The notes below the pieces were generated by a model that saw nothing but the letters and a program-made list of their open reading frames with translations, did not search any database and had not been told where the DNA came from. A DNA stretch of 64,000 bases from Bacillota bacterium (GTDB lineage: Bacteria; Bacillota; Ch66; Ch109), in NCBI GenBank assembly GCA_050952625.1, contig JBMNLH010000003.1:64001-128000 (forward strand). The letters run 5' to 3'. Position numbers and translations under genes: made by a program. Positions 10,015 to 19,620 of this stretch are shown here, in pieces. Position 1 is the first letter of the stretch. The number at the start of each line of letters is the position of its first letter.

Positions 10015-10587
10015 CAATTAGCCAAATAATATATTTAATGCTATATTTTACTTAATAATTTCATAAAAGAAACAAAAAAATAAACCCGAGTCTTCTCGCG
10101 TTATTCTTCAACGTTTTTAATAATAATAATATTTATTATTTATCTTTGATCAGCAACTTTATTCCTCAACTTGATGCAACTTTAATCCACTTCTTAATCC
10201 ACTTCAATCTAATCCACTACTATAGCAACTAAATCCTTCAATTTTATAAGAAACAGGATACGTTATAAGAAACAATTATAAAAAACACAGAACCGGCTAG
10301 TTTAAATACAAATATTATTTTAGTTATTCTATGTAAGTTAGTGTTAAGTATTGCCTAAAAGAAAGTGATGTATTATCTATAATATTTCATAATTACAGCT
10401 TTGTATTTATCGGGCAAACTAAACCGGCTCCGCGTTTTTCGACAAAACATATCGAATAAACTCAAATTAACAAGATTTCTGTAATAATATATACATTATC
10501 AGAACAGATAAGTCAACCCCAATAACAGAAGTTGTAATATTTTAATTTGTCATACAATACTAAAATTTATAAAGGGGGAATAATAGT

Positions 10588-11025
10588 TTGACAACCTCTT
10601 TCTTTCTTGAACAGCCTGCATGGCAGGAATTAGCCGATAGAATTGAGTTGATTTTAGGGGTACCAGTTACGACCGCATTCGAAAGCCCTAACCGATATTT
10701 AATACAAGGACCGCTTACTTCATCGGGAAATCCTATGGTATACTTACGGCTAGAAATATGGCTGGTTGCCAAAGAGGATGTTGGTGAGCAGCATTGGGCA
10801 AAATTAGGTTATTTCGCTGTCGCGAATGATTATCGGCACCAGGGTTATGGCCGTCAAATTATTATCGCTACCAAGGAATGGCTGTATTCCCTTCACCGAT
10901 TCGATCAAGTTTGCCTGTACGCCCGCCCGGAAATAATGCCTTTCTGGGAAGCCTGCGGGTTTAATCCAGTGGAAAATGAGAGTCGGATGTGCTGGTATCC
11001 TAAGAAAATTGAAGAAGAGGGTTAA
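10588..11025 (+). CDS. GNAT-family N-acetyltransferase
   Basis: Motif A FAVANDYRHQGYGRQII and motif B PFWEACGF. Confidence 0.8.
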   Translation: MTTSFFLEQPAWQELADRIELILGVPVTTAFESPNRYLIQGPLTSSGNPMVYLRLEIWLVAKEDVGEQHWAKLGYFAVANDYRHQGYGRQIIIATKEWLYSLHRFDQVCLYARPEIMPFWEACGFNPVENESRMCWYPKKIEEEG

Positions 11026-11028
11026 TTA

Positions 11029-11661
11029 ATGATTATTAAACGGTTATATCAATTAAAAAATAGGGAAGTAAATATCATCGGTATTGAAAATTATTTCAGG
11101 TCTTCCGTTTTGCTGCCGCTGATTAATCACAACGGTCAAACCTGTGTCCTTTTTGAAGTAAGGGCTAACCAACTGCGCCGGCAACCAGGTGAAATCTGTT
11201 TTCCCGGAGGACAAGTAGAAGCAACCGATAGCAGCCCAGTTCAGACGGCGATTAGAGAAACCAGCGAAGAGCTAGGCCTGGCACCCGAAGATATTGAAGT
11301 AATTGCTCCGCTAGATCTTCTAGTCACCCCTTGTAACACTATTATCTATCCGTTTCTATGTAGGATTAACAGCCCCACTCAGATTGCCCTTAACACAGAC
11401 GAAGTAGAGGAAGTCTTTTACGTACCCCTTGATTATCTATATTCTGCCTCACCATTAATCCACAAACTTTCGTTTCAGCTGGATTTTGCCAAAAACTTCC
11501 CATTTGACCTGATTCCGCAAGGAAAAGATTATAACTGGCGGGAAGGCACCTACCCGGTATACTTTTATTTTTACCAAAAGTACATCATCTGGGGAATGAC
11601 CGCCCGAATTTTAAATCATTTCTTGTCCTTAACCCGAGACATTATTACATGTAACACCTAA
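11029..11661 (+). CDS. Nudix hydrolase, CoA pyrophosphatase type
   Basis: LFEVRA..LRRQPGEICFPGG, Nudix box AIRETSEELGL, IWGMTARIL. Confidence 0.9.
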   Translation: MIIKRLYQLKNREVNIIGIENYFRSSVLLPLINHNGQTCVLFEVRANQLRRQPGEICFPGGQVEATDSSPVQTAIRETSEELGLAPEDIEVIAPLDLLVTPCNTIIYPFLCRINSPTQIALNTDEVEEVFYVPLDYLYSASPLIHKLSFQLDFAKNFPFDLIPQGKDYNWREGTYPVYFYFYQKYIIWGMTARILNHFLSLTRDIITCNT

Positions 11662-11683
11662 TGCAAACCCGACTCAATCCTTC

Positions 11684-11720
11684 TAATTAACCATCCATGC
11701 CCGGCAGGCACAACCACTAA
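11684..11720 (-). repeat. Short interspersed palindromic repeat (related copy at ~39818-39862)
   Basis: Minus strand gtggttgtgcctgccgggcatggatggttaatta vs plus strand gtggttgtgcctagcggacatgggtggttagta. Confidence 0.6.
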
Positions 11721-11736
11721 TTAAAATAGAGGACAT

Positions 11737-11809
11737 ATGTCATCCTGAGTATTACTGAAGGTCTATTTCCCAGCGCGGAAAAGATTATTGGCTTCGCTCA
11801 TAATGACAT
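11737..11809. repeat. REP-like miniature inverted-repeat element (GTCATCCTGAG...CTCAxAATGAC type)
   Basis: Terminal inverted repeats atgtcatcctgag / ctcataatgacat (2 mismatches). Confidence 0.6.
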
Positions 11810-11816
11810 GATAATA

Positions 11817-11852
11817 ATAAAGCACCCTGACCGAAGCCAGAGTGCTTTTTAT
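11817..11852. terminator. Bidirectional intrinsic terminator
   Basis: aaagcaccctg...cagagtgcttttt stem between convergent genes. Confidence 0.65.
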
Positions 11853-11866
11853 ATGCCTGAGCGAAA

Positions 11867-13495
11867 TTAGAATTTGACGTTGCCCCAATCGGAGTGACGG
11901 AGCGGAACTCTCCAGCAGAGTTCTAATGCCCGAGCGAGTTTGGGTCGGATTTCCGCGTGGGTGATAATGCCATCGTGGAAGTTCCGAGCACCAGTGAAGT
12001 ACGGATGACCTTCACCATCATACCGTTCGATCATCTTCTTGCGGAATTCGGCCATTTCAGCTTCGTCAATCTCTTTGCCAGCCTTCTTCGCATTGACCCG
12101 ACGGAGAGTTTCTAGAATGAACCCAGCAGTAGTTCCGGACATAACTGTGGTCCGACCCCGCATGGTCTGGAAGATAAAGTTTGGCCGGAAGGCTCGTCCG
12201 CACATGCCGTAGTTAGCCGCTCCATGGTCAGGGCCAATAACTAATTGAATCTTCGGTACCTTAGCGCAGGAAACTGTCCGCACCATGTCCGAACCATACT
12301 TACCAATACCAGCCCATTCTTCGGCTTTACCTACCATGTAGCCAGGAGCTCCTTGGAGGAAGAGAAGGGCTGTGCCGTCGTTGCCGCAGCGAACGATAAA
12401 CTCAGAAGCCTTTTGAGCTGCCTGGGTAAAGATTGTACCATTCTTATTCGAAGCCACGATACCCACTGGAATGCCATCGATAAAGGCTTTACCGCAGATA
12501 ACACTATCTCCACGGCCAGGACCATAATTCTCCTTGTATTCAGAGAAATAACTGTCATCAACTATACACTTGATAAAATCTTTAACATTAATCGGCTGAT
12601 AGGTATCTGCCGGCATACTCATCATCAGTTCGTCCAGACCAAACTTAGGTGGTTTGGACTCTCGACGTTGGGTATAGAATCCTTGTGGTGGGTCGAAGGA
12701 AATCAGTTCGCGCAGCCGAGCAATCCCCTCTTCTTGGTTGCGGACAAAGTGGTCACAACCACCGGAATGCTTGGTGTGAACATATGCACCACCCAGGTCT
12801 TCGTGGGTGACATCTTCGCCGATAGCTGACTTAACCATTGGCGGGCCAGCCAGGAAGGCATTCGCCAGCTTGTCAATCATAATGGATTCGCAAGCCAGGT
12901 AAACGATGTAAGCTCCGCCAGCAGTGTTTCCGCCAGTACTCAGGGTGTATTGCTTAATACCCCGGGCTGACATGTTACACATGTTGTAGAACATGGAACC
13001 AAACATTCCCTCGTCAGCAAAGCAACCAGCCTGCAGCGGAAGGAAAATCCCGCCTGAGTCGGCTACATAAACACAGGGAAGCCGAAGCTCATTGGCAATT
13101 CTTTGGGCTCTCATGTGTTTCTTTAAGGTAATCGGGAAGTAAGTTCCGGCAGACATCCGGCTTTCGTTGATAAAGATCATGCAGTCTTTATCGTGAATTT
13201 TGCCAACCCCGGTAATTAGACCGCCACCCGGAATATGCGGTTGTTCCGGATAACCCATGTTATAACCGCAGTCCAGACCGATTTCAAAGAATTCAGAACC
13301 CGGGTCAATCAACATATCCAAAAGTTCCCGCGGGGTTTTCTTCCCTTGTTTTGCTAAACGATCAACTTGTTTTTGACCGCCAACGTTGTAGGCTTCTTTC
13401 CGACGCTCTAACAACTCGGCGTCCATTTTTTGCCAGTGAGCTAACGCTTCTTTTCTTTGTAGTTCGATTCTTTCTTTACGGGACATCTTAGCCAT
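11867..13495 (-). CDS. Acyl-CoA carboxylase carboxyltransferase subunit (methylcrotonyl-CoA carboxylase beta-like)
   Basis: AGTYFPITLKKHMRAQ, DSGG..LP.Q, TAGGAY, DLGGA.VH...SG, PGYMVG, GAANYGMCGRAF.P. Confidence 0.9.
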   Translation of the reverse strand: MAKMSRKERIELQRKEALAHWQKMDAELLERRKEAYNVGGQKQVDRLAKQGKKTPRELLDMLIDPGSEFFEIGLDCGYNMGYPEQPHIPGGGLITGVGKIHDKDCMIFINESRMSAGTYFPITLKKHMRAQRIANELRLPCVYVADSGGIFLPLQAGCFADEGMFGSMFYNMCNMSARGIKQYTLSTGGNTAGGAYIVYLACESIMIDKLANAFLAGPPMVKSAIGEDVTHEDLGGAYVHTKHSGGCDHFVRNQEEGIARLRELISFDPPQGFYTQRRESKPPKFGLDELMMSMPADTYQPINVKDFIKCIVDDSYFSEYKENYGPGRGDSVICGKAFIDGIPVGIVASNKNGTIFTQAAQKASEFIVRCGNDGTALLFLQGAPGYMVGKAEEWAGIGKYGSDMVRTVSCAKVPKIQLVIGPDHGAANYGMCGRAFRPNFIFQTMRGRTTVMSGTTAGFILETLRRVNAKKAGKEIDEAEMAEFRKKMIERYDGEGHPYFTGARNFHDGIITHAEIRPKLARALELCWRVPLRHSDWGNVKF

Positions 13496-13653
13496 TAGAT
13501 TTATACTCCTCCCTTAAATAAAAATAGTAGCATTACCGTGCTATCGGTTGATTATTGATTATTAGGACAAATCACCTCCAAAACAAAGACATTAACCTGA
13601 TAGCATAAATAAGAGACATCTATAATTTTCTATATTGTTTACACTATGTTATA

Positions 13654-13680
13654 CTTCGCCACAAATCGCCGAGTTCCTTC
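13654..13680 (-). promoter_or_regulatory. SigH-like promoter for the carboxyltransferase
   Basis: Minus strand GAAGGA-N17-GAAG. Confidence 0.4.
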
Positions 13681-13974
13681 CTGTGATTGAAAAATCATGG
13701 GGGGGAATTATTATGATAAAGAATTGGGGTGAACTGCAATGAATTTGTCAACAAATACACCACAATTATGACAAAAGAGCAGCCAACAAACAGATAGAAT
13801 AGCCTGAATAAAGTATAACATACTGACAAGAATGTTAAAACACTCAATTGTGAAATAAAACGCTGCTATTTTGCATGTTTGTACGGCTGTTTTTATAAAC
13901 ACAGGAGGAATTACTGTGAGTTTGTCGTATTTTAAGACTATTAAGGTTTTTATGTCGAAGTTTTATGCAATTCC

Positions 13975-13992
13975 TTGTGAAATATTAAACAA
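13975..13992. promoter_or_regulatory. Rex-like (or Crp-like) operator upstream of the oxidoreductase operon
   Basis: TTGTGAAATATTAAACAA vs Rex consensus TTGTGAAnnnnTTCACAA (2 mismatches). Confidence 0.5.
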
Positions 13993-14045
13993 TTTGCAAT
14001 ATTTGCACTAGGAACTACAGATCCAAGGAGGTAAAACTTATTCTG

Positions 14046-14296
14046 ATGGTTCGAATAACTATCCACGAGGAGTTTTGCAAGGGCTGTGATTTATGTCAGG
14101 CAGCCTGTCCAAAAATCTTTTATCAGCTTCAAGGCAGTTGAACGCCAAGAGTTATCGTCCGGCTATTTTGCTGGATTGTTCCTGCTGTACCGGTTGTGGG
14201 TTATGTGTTCGTATGTGTCCAGATCTAGTTATTGAAATCTATAAAGAAAAAGAAATGCTTAATGGGGGCGATAAAATTTGGCACGCAAAGTTCTAA
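14046..14296 (+). pseudogene. 2x[4Fe-4S] ferredoxin (delta) subunit of 2-oxoacid:ferredoxin oxidoreductase, frameshifted
   Basis: AAGGAGG RBS, MVRITIHEEFCKGCDLCQAACPK, then a frame break in the A5 run at 14111-14115; continues NLLSAS...CTGCGLCVRMCPD in another frame. Confidence 0.85.
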
Positions 14297-15345
14297 TGAA
14301 GGGTAACGAGGCGATTGGCGAGGCAGCAATCAGGGCTGGCTGCGTTGCCTTTTTCGGTTATCCAATTACTCCGCAGAGTGAATTGCCCGAGTATTTGGCC
14401 CGACGAATGCCCGAGGTAGGTGGGGTATTCTTACAAGCTGAAAGCGAATTGGCGGCGATTAGTATGGTCTACGGGGCAGCCGGGGCCGGGGCCAGGGTGA
14501 TGACCTCTTCTTCCAGCCCGGGAATTAGTTTGAAACAAGAGGGTATTTCCATGCTCGCTGGGGCCGATTTGCCAGCAGTTATTGTTAATATGATGCGGGG
14601 CGGCCCGGGGATCGGGGGTATTCAGCCGAGTCAAGCGGATTATTATCAGGCCACTCGGGGCGGCGGACACGGTGATTATCGAACGTTGGTTTTAGCTCCC
14701 TGGTCGATCCAAGAATTAGTCGATCTAACCTGGGAAGCCTTTTCTTTGGCGGACCGTTACCGCAACCCGGTTTTGGTCCTAGGAGATGGGATGCTGGGAC
14801 AAATGATGGAACCGGTGTCCCTGCCAGATAAGCCGGCCCCCTTCATTGAGAAACCCTGGGCAACAAATGGTGCCCAAGATCGTGAACATAATGAGGTTTT
14901 CACGCTGTATATGGGAATGGAGGACCTAGAAAAGCACATTCAACGGCTGTCGAAAAAACTAGCCCTGATTCAGAAAGAGCAGGTCCGGTATGATAGTTTT
15001 ATGCTTGAGGATGCGGAAATAGTGATTGTCGCTTTTGGAATCGTGGCCCGGGTGGCTCGAAAAGCCATTAAAATGGCTCGGGAAGCCGGGATAAAGGTAG
15101 GCTTGCTGCGACCAATCAGTCTGTGGCCGTTCCCCAGTGAAGCAGTGGCTAAGGCGGCTAAATCTGCCCGCGCTTTTTTGGTGGTCGAGATGAATTTAGG
15201 CCAAATGATTGAAGATGTTCGATTAGCCATAGACAATCAGATCCCGGTTGATTTTTGGGGCAAATCGACTATCGTCCCCGGTCCATCTGAGATATTTAAC
15301 GCAATTAAAGCAACCGCTAGCAAAGCTGGCTGTGGAATAAGCTAA
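14278..15345 (+). CDS. vorB: 2-oxoacid (2-ketoisovalerate-type):ferredoxin oxidoreductase alpha subunit
   Basis: MKGNEAIGEAAI.AG, FGYPITPQSE, QAESE, TSSSSPGISLKQE, RGGPG. Confidence 0.9.
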   Translation: MARKVLMKGNEAIGEAAIRAGCVAFFGYPITPQSELPEYLARRMPEVGGVFLQAESELAAISMVYGAAGAGARVMTSSSSPGISLKQEGISMLAGADLPAVIVNMMRGGPGIGGIQPSQADYYQATRGGGHGDYRTLVLAPWSIQELVDLTWEAFSLADRYRNPVLVLGDGMLGQMMEPVSLPDKPAPFIEKPWATNGAQDREHNEVFTLYMGMEDLEKHIQRLSKKLALIQKEQVRYDSFMLEDAEIVIVAFGIVARVARKAIKMAREAGIKVGLLRPISLWPFPSEAVAKAAKSARAFLVVEMNLGQMIEDVRLAIDNQIPVDFWGKSTIVPGPSEIFNAIKATASKAGCGIS

Positions 15346-15424
15346 AGATTGTCCTCTGAATTGTAGGCACCTATAATTCAGGCCTATAATCCAGAAAGGC
15401 AGATTAAAGAGAGGAAGATTTATT

Positions 15425-16174
15425 ATGGCGACGGTATTTGCACGACCTCAGGCGATGACGACAAAACCGCTTCATTATTGCCCTGGCTGTGGACATGGCA
15501 TCATCCATCGTCTGATTGCTGAGGTAATTGATGAACTAGACATTCGGGGAAAGACAATCGGCACCTGTCCAGTTGGCTGTGCCGTGGTGGCTAATGAGTA
15601 CTTTAACGTGGATATGCAGCAGGCGGCCCATGGCCGGTCCCCAGCCGTTGCGACTGGGATTAAGCGGGTCCTGCCCGATCGAGTCGTTTTCACTTATCAA
15701 GGTGACGGTGATCTGGCTTCAATTGGCATGACCGAAATTGTTCATGCGGCAGCCCGGGGGGAATTAATTTCCACCTTTTTTGTGAATAACGCGATTTATG
15801 GGATGACCGGCGGACAAATGGCCCCCACTACTTTACTGGGACAGGTTACCACCACTTCGCCGCTTGGCCGAAAAAAAGAGCACCAGGGAGCACCAATCCG
15901 CATCGCCGAGATGTTATCATCCCTGGAGGGTGCGGCCTATATTGCCCGGGTCTCAATTCATGATGCGGCGCATGTTATTAAGGCTAAACGCGCGATCAAA
16001 CGGGCTTTTGAAACCCAGTTGGCCAAAAAGGGGTTTTCCCTGGTGGAGATACTTTCTTCCTGCCCGACAAACTGGGGCCTGAGCCCGGTCGAAGCCATGA
16101 AGTGGCTCGCTGATAACATGATTCCTTATTATCCCCTAGGTGAGTTCAAGGTTCCCGAAAAAACAGCAGACTAA
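15425..16174 (+). CDS. 2-oxoacid:ferredoxin oxidoreductase beta (TPP-binding) subunit
   Basis: [18 protein letters not shown]...[21 protein letters not shown]. Confidence 0.92.
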   Translation: MATVFARPQAMTTKPLHYCPGCGHGIIHRLIAEVIDELDIRGKTIGTCPVGCAVVANEYFNVDMQQAAHGRSPAVATGIKRVLPDRVVFTYQGDGDLASIGMTEIVHAAARGELISTFFVNNAIYGMTGGQMAPTTLLGQVTTTSPLGRKKEHQGAPIRIAEMLSSLEGAAYIARVSIHDAAHVIKAKRAIKRAFETQLAKKGFSLVEILSSCPTNWGLSPVEAMKWLADNMIPYYPLGEFKVPEKTAD

Positions 16175-16429
16175 AGATTTCCTCTAACAGATTGATTGAC
16201 ATGTTGGTTACCAATTGTGGATTGCAAATTTAGTAAAGATGCCAGGACGAATTAAGTGCTACTAGACATAGAACGTCTTAAATAGTTTAAAATATATTAT
16301 GGGTTGACCAGTGTAAAAAACACAAACATTCACTTGCAAAGTAGATCCTCATGCCACCCGGGACGAGCAGCTGGCGGAGAATGAAAATCACAATCATGTC
16401 GTGTTTTTAACAGCGATTTAGAGAATAGA

Positions 16430-16500
16430 GGCGGCTGAGGAGCAGCAGGCATCACCGTCTGAGCCCGCCGGGCACGGTTGATGCCTGCCCGAAGCCGTCA
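16430..16500. repeat. GC-rich long hairpin (probable MITE/REP remnant)
   Basis: gcggct...gcaggcatcaccgt / acggttgatgcctgc...agccgt nested stems. Confidence 0.5.
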
Positions 16501-16561
16501 AGGTTCGTTCCCACTCCAACCTGATGAGCGAGTTATAGCACAGTAGCCCAAGAGGAAAAAA

Positions 16562-17275
16562 ATGAGTATTAAGCGCATCTGGGAATTAGATTTCCTCCGA
16601 GGAATTGCCCTTTTCGGCATGCTCTACTTTCACCTGATATTTGATCTAAATGAATTTTTTGATTATCCAATTACTTATGCCCATGGTTTTACTCATTATG
16701 CGGGCAAGGTCTCTGTCATCTTATTCATCCTGGTCTCCGGTATCAGTTGTCGGTTTAGCCGCAATAACCTCCGACGTGGGTTACAGTTACTAGGCATCGC
16801 CCTCATAATCACCATGCTTACCCATTCAGTCAACTACCTGGGGCTACGGCTGATCCACCAACCATTGCCTAACATTGGGATTAAGTTTGGCATCCTGCAT
16901 TTCTTCGGGGTAAGCATACTGCTTTACCCGGTTTTCAAAACAATTAACCGCTATGCTTTAGCCATCCTCGGCAGTCTAATCATCGGTCTCGGAGAACTTA
17001 TTTCCGCTCGGACATTTTCACATAATTATTTCTTTTTCCTAGGAATGATTAACGAAAAATTTTATTCCGTCGATTATTACCCACTGCTTCCCTGGCTCGG
17101 TGTTTTCTTAATCGGCATTGTCCTAGGAAAATTCCTTTATCAGGAGAAAAAAAGCCTATTTCCGTTTACCATAAGAAACAGCATGATAAATATTTTAGGA
17201 CGGAACACCCTGCTTATCTACCTTATCCACCAACCGGTACTCCTCTTAATTCTTTTTGTTTGCCTACATCTATAA
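16562..17275 (+). CDS. DUF1624 / heparan-alpha-glucosaminide N-acetyltransferase-like membrane protein
   Basis: RIWELDFLRGIA, FGILH, DYYPLLPW, LIYLIHQP. Confidence 0.85.
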   Translation: MSIKRIWELDFLRGIALFGMLYFHLIFDLNEFFDYPITYAHGFTHYAGKVSVILFILVSGISCRFSRNNLRRGLQLLGIALIITMLTHSVNYLGLRLIHQPLPNIGIKFGILHFFGVSILLYPVFKTINRYALAILGSLIIGLGELISARTFSHNYFFFLGMINEKFYSVDYYPLLPWLGVFLIGIVLGKFLYQEKKSLFPFTIRNSMINILGRNTLLIYLIHQPVLLLILFVCLHL

Positions 17276-17550
17276 CAAACCGGCCTCAAAATTGAGTCTT
17301 AGATTAAACTTTTTGGCCGCTGACAAATTCAATCTTATTTGACAACACACCCCCCCTTTTCAGCCTACTCGAAAATTTGAGTTTATTTTACCATGATCTC
17401 CCTTTAATATCCAAAAACAAAAACAGGAAATTGTTGACCCGGTCTCAGTTTGGTCATAAAAGTTGGCTTGCGCCAAACCTTGGGTGCAGGTGAAGCCCTA
17501 GTTGCGCTTACTGATAATCAGAAAGTCCACTTATCCTTTCTGATTATGGA

Positions 17551-17594
17551 ACAAAAACGCCCCCTTGCCCGAAGGCTGGCGGTGGCGTTTTTGT
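17551..17594. terminator. Bidirectional terminator
   Basis: acaaaaacgcc...ggcgtttttgt. Confidence 0.7.
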
Positions 17595-17659
17595 AATAGG
17601 CAATGTGGTTATTTAAAAATTCTTTAGCGTTGCTTTATTCAGGATTAATGATTGATAAT

Positions 17660-18574
17660 CTACTTTATCAAGCCTTTTTGTCTTAAGAAGTCACGGGCGA
17701 CCTTTTCTGGACTTTCGTTCTGTTCGTCAACCAGGTAATTAAGCCCAACCATGGTTTCCACATCAATTTGCCCTTCCAGTTTAGCCAGTATTTCTTTTAA
17801 TTCCGGGTGCTTTTCCAGGACTTCAGTCCGGGCGACCAGTGCGCAGTCATAAGGCGGGAAGAATTTCAGATCATCTTCGAGAGTAACTAGATCAAAACTT
17901 TTAATCCGCGCATCCGTCGAATAGGCAACAACTATATCACATTTCTTGCTGGCGACTGCCTCATAAACCAGACCAATCTCCATGGGGAAAACCTGCTTAA
18001 ATTGAAGTCCGTACATTTCTTTCAGGGCCTCCAGCCCATCGCCGGTCCGATCTGCAAAAGAAGTGTCCGTTCCGATAATCATGTCCTTGGCGTGGGATTT
18101 TAAGTCGGAGATTGTTTTTAAGTTAAATTGTTCAGCTACGTCACGTCGGACCGTCAAAGCGTAAGTATTGTTAAAACCTAGAGGTTTGAACCAGGTCTGA
18201 CCAAACTGCTTGGCAAATTCGTCTTTAACCAGGTTATAGACCTGTTCCGGGTCCGTCATTCTTTCCTCAACTCGAAGGGCCCCGGTCAGCTCGGTACCGG
18301 TATAACGGGGAGAAATATCAATTTCTTTATTAACCATGGCCTGCTGGACAACCAGGGAGGAACTTAATTGCGGAGTATGGGTAACCTTTAGATCCGTTCC
18401 CTCCTCAATCAAAGCTTTAACCATTTCCCCCAAAATAATCGGTTCTGAGTAGGTTTGTGACCCAATCCGTACTTCATCTACGCTTTCTGTTTTGCCGCAA
18501 CCGCCAATCAACAGGGACACTAACAATAAAACTACTAAACAACTAACCAACCGCAGGTTTAAGAGCTTTTTCAA
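17660..18574 (-). CDS. opuCC: Osmoprotectant (glycine betaine/choline/carnitine) ABC transporter substrate-binding lipoprotein
   Basis: Lipobox IGGC, YTGT, PLGFNNTYAL, YSTDARI, DDLKFFPPY. Confidence 0.88.
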   Translation of the reverse strand: MKKLLNLRLVSCLVVLLLVSLLIGGCGKTESVDEVRIGSQTYSEPIILGEMVKALIEEGTDLKVTHTPQLSSSLVVQQAMVNKEIDISPRYTGTELTGALRVEERMTDPEQVYNLVKDEFAKQFGQTWFKPLGFNNTYALTVRRDVAEQFNLKTISDLKSHAKDMIIGTDTSFADRTGDGLEALKEMYGLQFKQVFPMEIGLVYEAVASKKCDIVVAYSTDARIKSFDLVTLEDDLKFFPPYDCALVARTEVLEKHPELKEILAKLEGQIDVETMVGLNYLVDEQNESPEKVARDFLRQKGLIK

Positions 18575-18975
18575 TTAATAAACCTGGTTTCTGAAATCTC
18601 AATATATCTTAATTTATACAGAATAGTTCGGATATATTTAGATTTCCTCCCGCCGACCAACGGGAGGCAGCATCACCGGATTCAGCCGCTTAGCCACCAG
18701 CTTCCGCTGGTACTTCGGGCGGTTAAAACTGCCGCCCTATGCGTTCAGCCCGAGGGGGGTTGCCCGCCGCCTGTTTCAATCTATCCGCGTCCGACTTTCC
18801 TTGCGTGTTTTGCAACGCAGAAAAATTTATAACCGCAGCTCTTTTCAGCAATGCTGCTAAGTAACCAGGCTGGCACCACCTTTCTTATTGTGTTTGAAAA
18901 TTATGGATTTGGAGACTGCTTCAACCTTGTTTTACCGTTATCATTTCAACTTTTTGCCAACGGTTAATTCCGGGT

Positions 18976-19620
18976 TTAATGCTTCGGCTGTCGCAAACCG
19001 CGGGGGATTAGCTTCATTTCAAGCCGGCCTAAGCAGAAGTCAGTTAGTAAAGCCAGAATTGCCGCAGGAATAGCTCCAGCCAAAACCATTTCCGGCCGGG
19101 ACATGGCTAAACCGCCCATGATTAACCTTCCGAAACCACCTCCTCCTACATAAGCCGCCAGGGTTGCCCAACCAATAATGATAACGGCAGACACCCGGAT
19201 TCCCGCCATTATCACCGGCAGGGCATTCGGGATCTCAACCAAAAACAGGAGCTGCCTTCGCGTCATTCCCATCCCGCCGCCGGCCTCGATCAAAAACGGG
19301 TCCACGCCATCAATGCCGGTGTAGGTATTGCGCAGAATGGGCAGAATGGCATAAATGAAGAGAGCGGCCAAGGCCGTTCCGTTACCTAAGCCGAAAAAAG
19401 GAATCATAAAGCCTAAAAGAGCCAAACCGGGGATAGTTTGCAGAAAATTAACCACTGAAAAAACCGGGCCGGCCAGTTTTTTGTTGCGGGTTAAATAAAT
19501 TCCCAGTGGAATGGCCACCATTAAACCCATTAAGGTGGCGAGCAAAGATAGCTCAAGGTGTTCAAATAAAGCGGTGATAATGCGATTCGGATTCTTAACC
19601 ATAAACTCCCACCAGGTCAA
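18976..19620 (-). CDS. opuCD: Osmoprotectant ABC permease
   Basis: QTIPGLALLG, LPILRNTYTGI, EAGGGMGMT (EAA loop), GGGGFG. Confidence 0.85.
   Translation of the reverse strand: MTWWEFMVKNPNRIITALFEHLELSLLATLMGLMVAIPLGIYLTRNKKLAGPVFSVVNFLQTIPGLALLGFMIPFFGLGNGTALAALFIYAILPILRNTYTGIDGVDPFLIEAGGGMGMTRRQLLFLVEIPNALPVIMAGIRVSAVIIIGWATLAAYVGGGGFGRLIMGGLAMSRPEMVLAGAIPAAILALLTDFCLGRLEMKLIPRGLRQPKH

Noticed and set aside
13695-13745. GGGGGAA...TTGGGGTGAA resembling a c-di-AMP (ydaO) riboswitch
   Set aside because: The downstream conserved CCCG..CCG.CAGCTAACC part and the pairing stems are absent.
17440-17545. Structured intergenic segment as an ncRNA
   Set aside because: Probably another short interspersed repeat; there is no second copy in the window and no recognisable RNA family.
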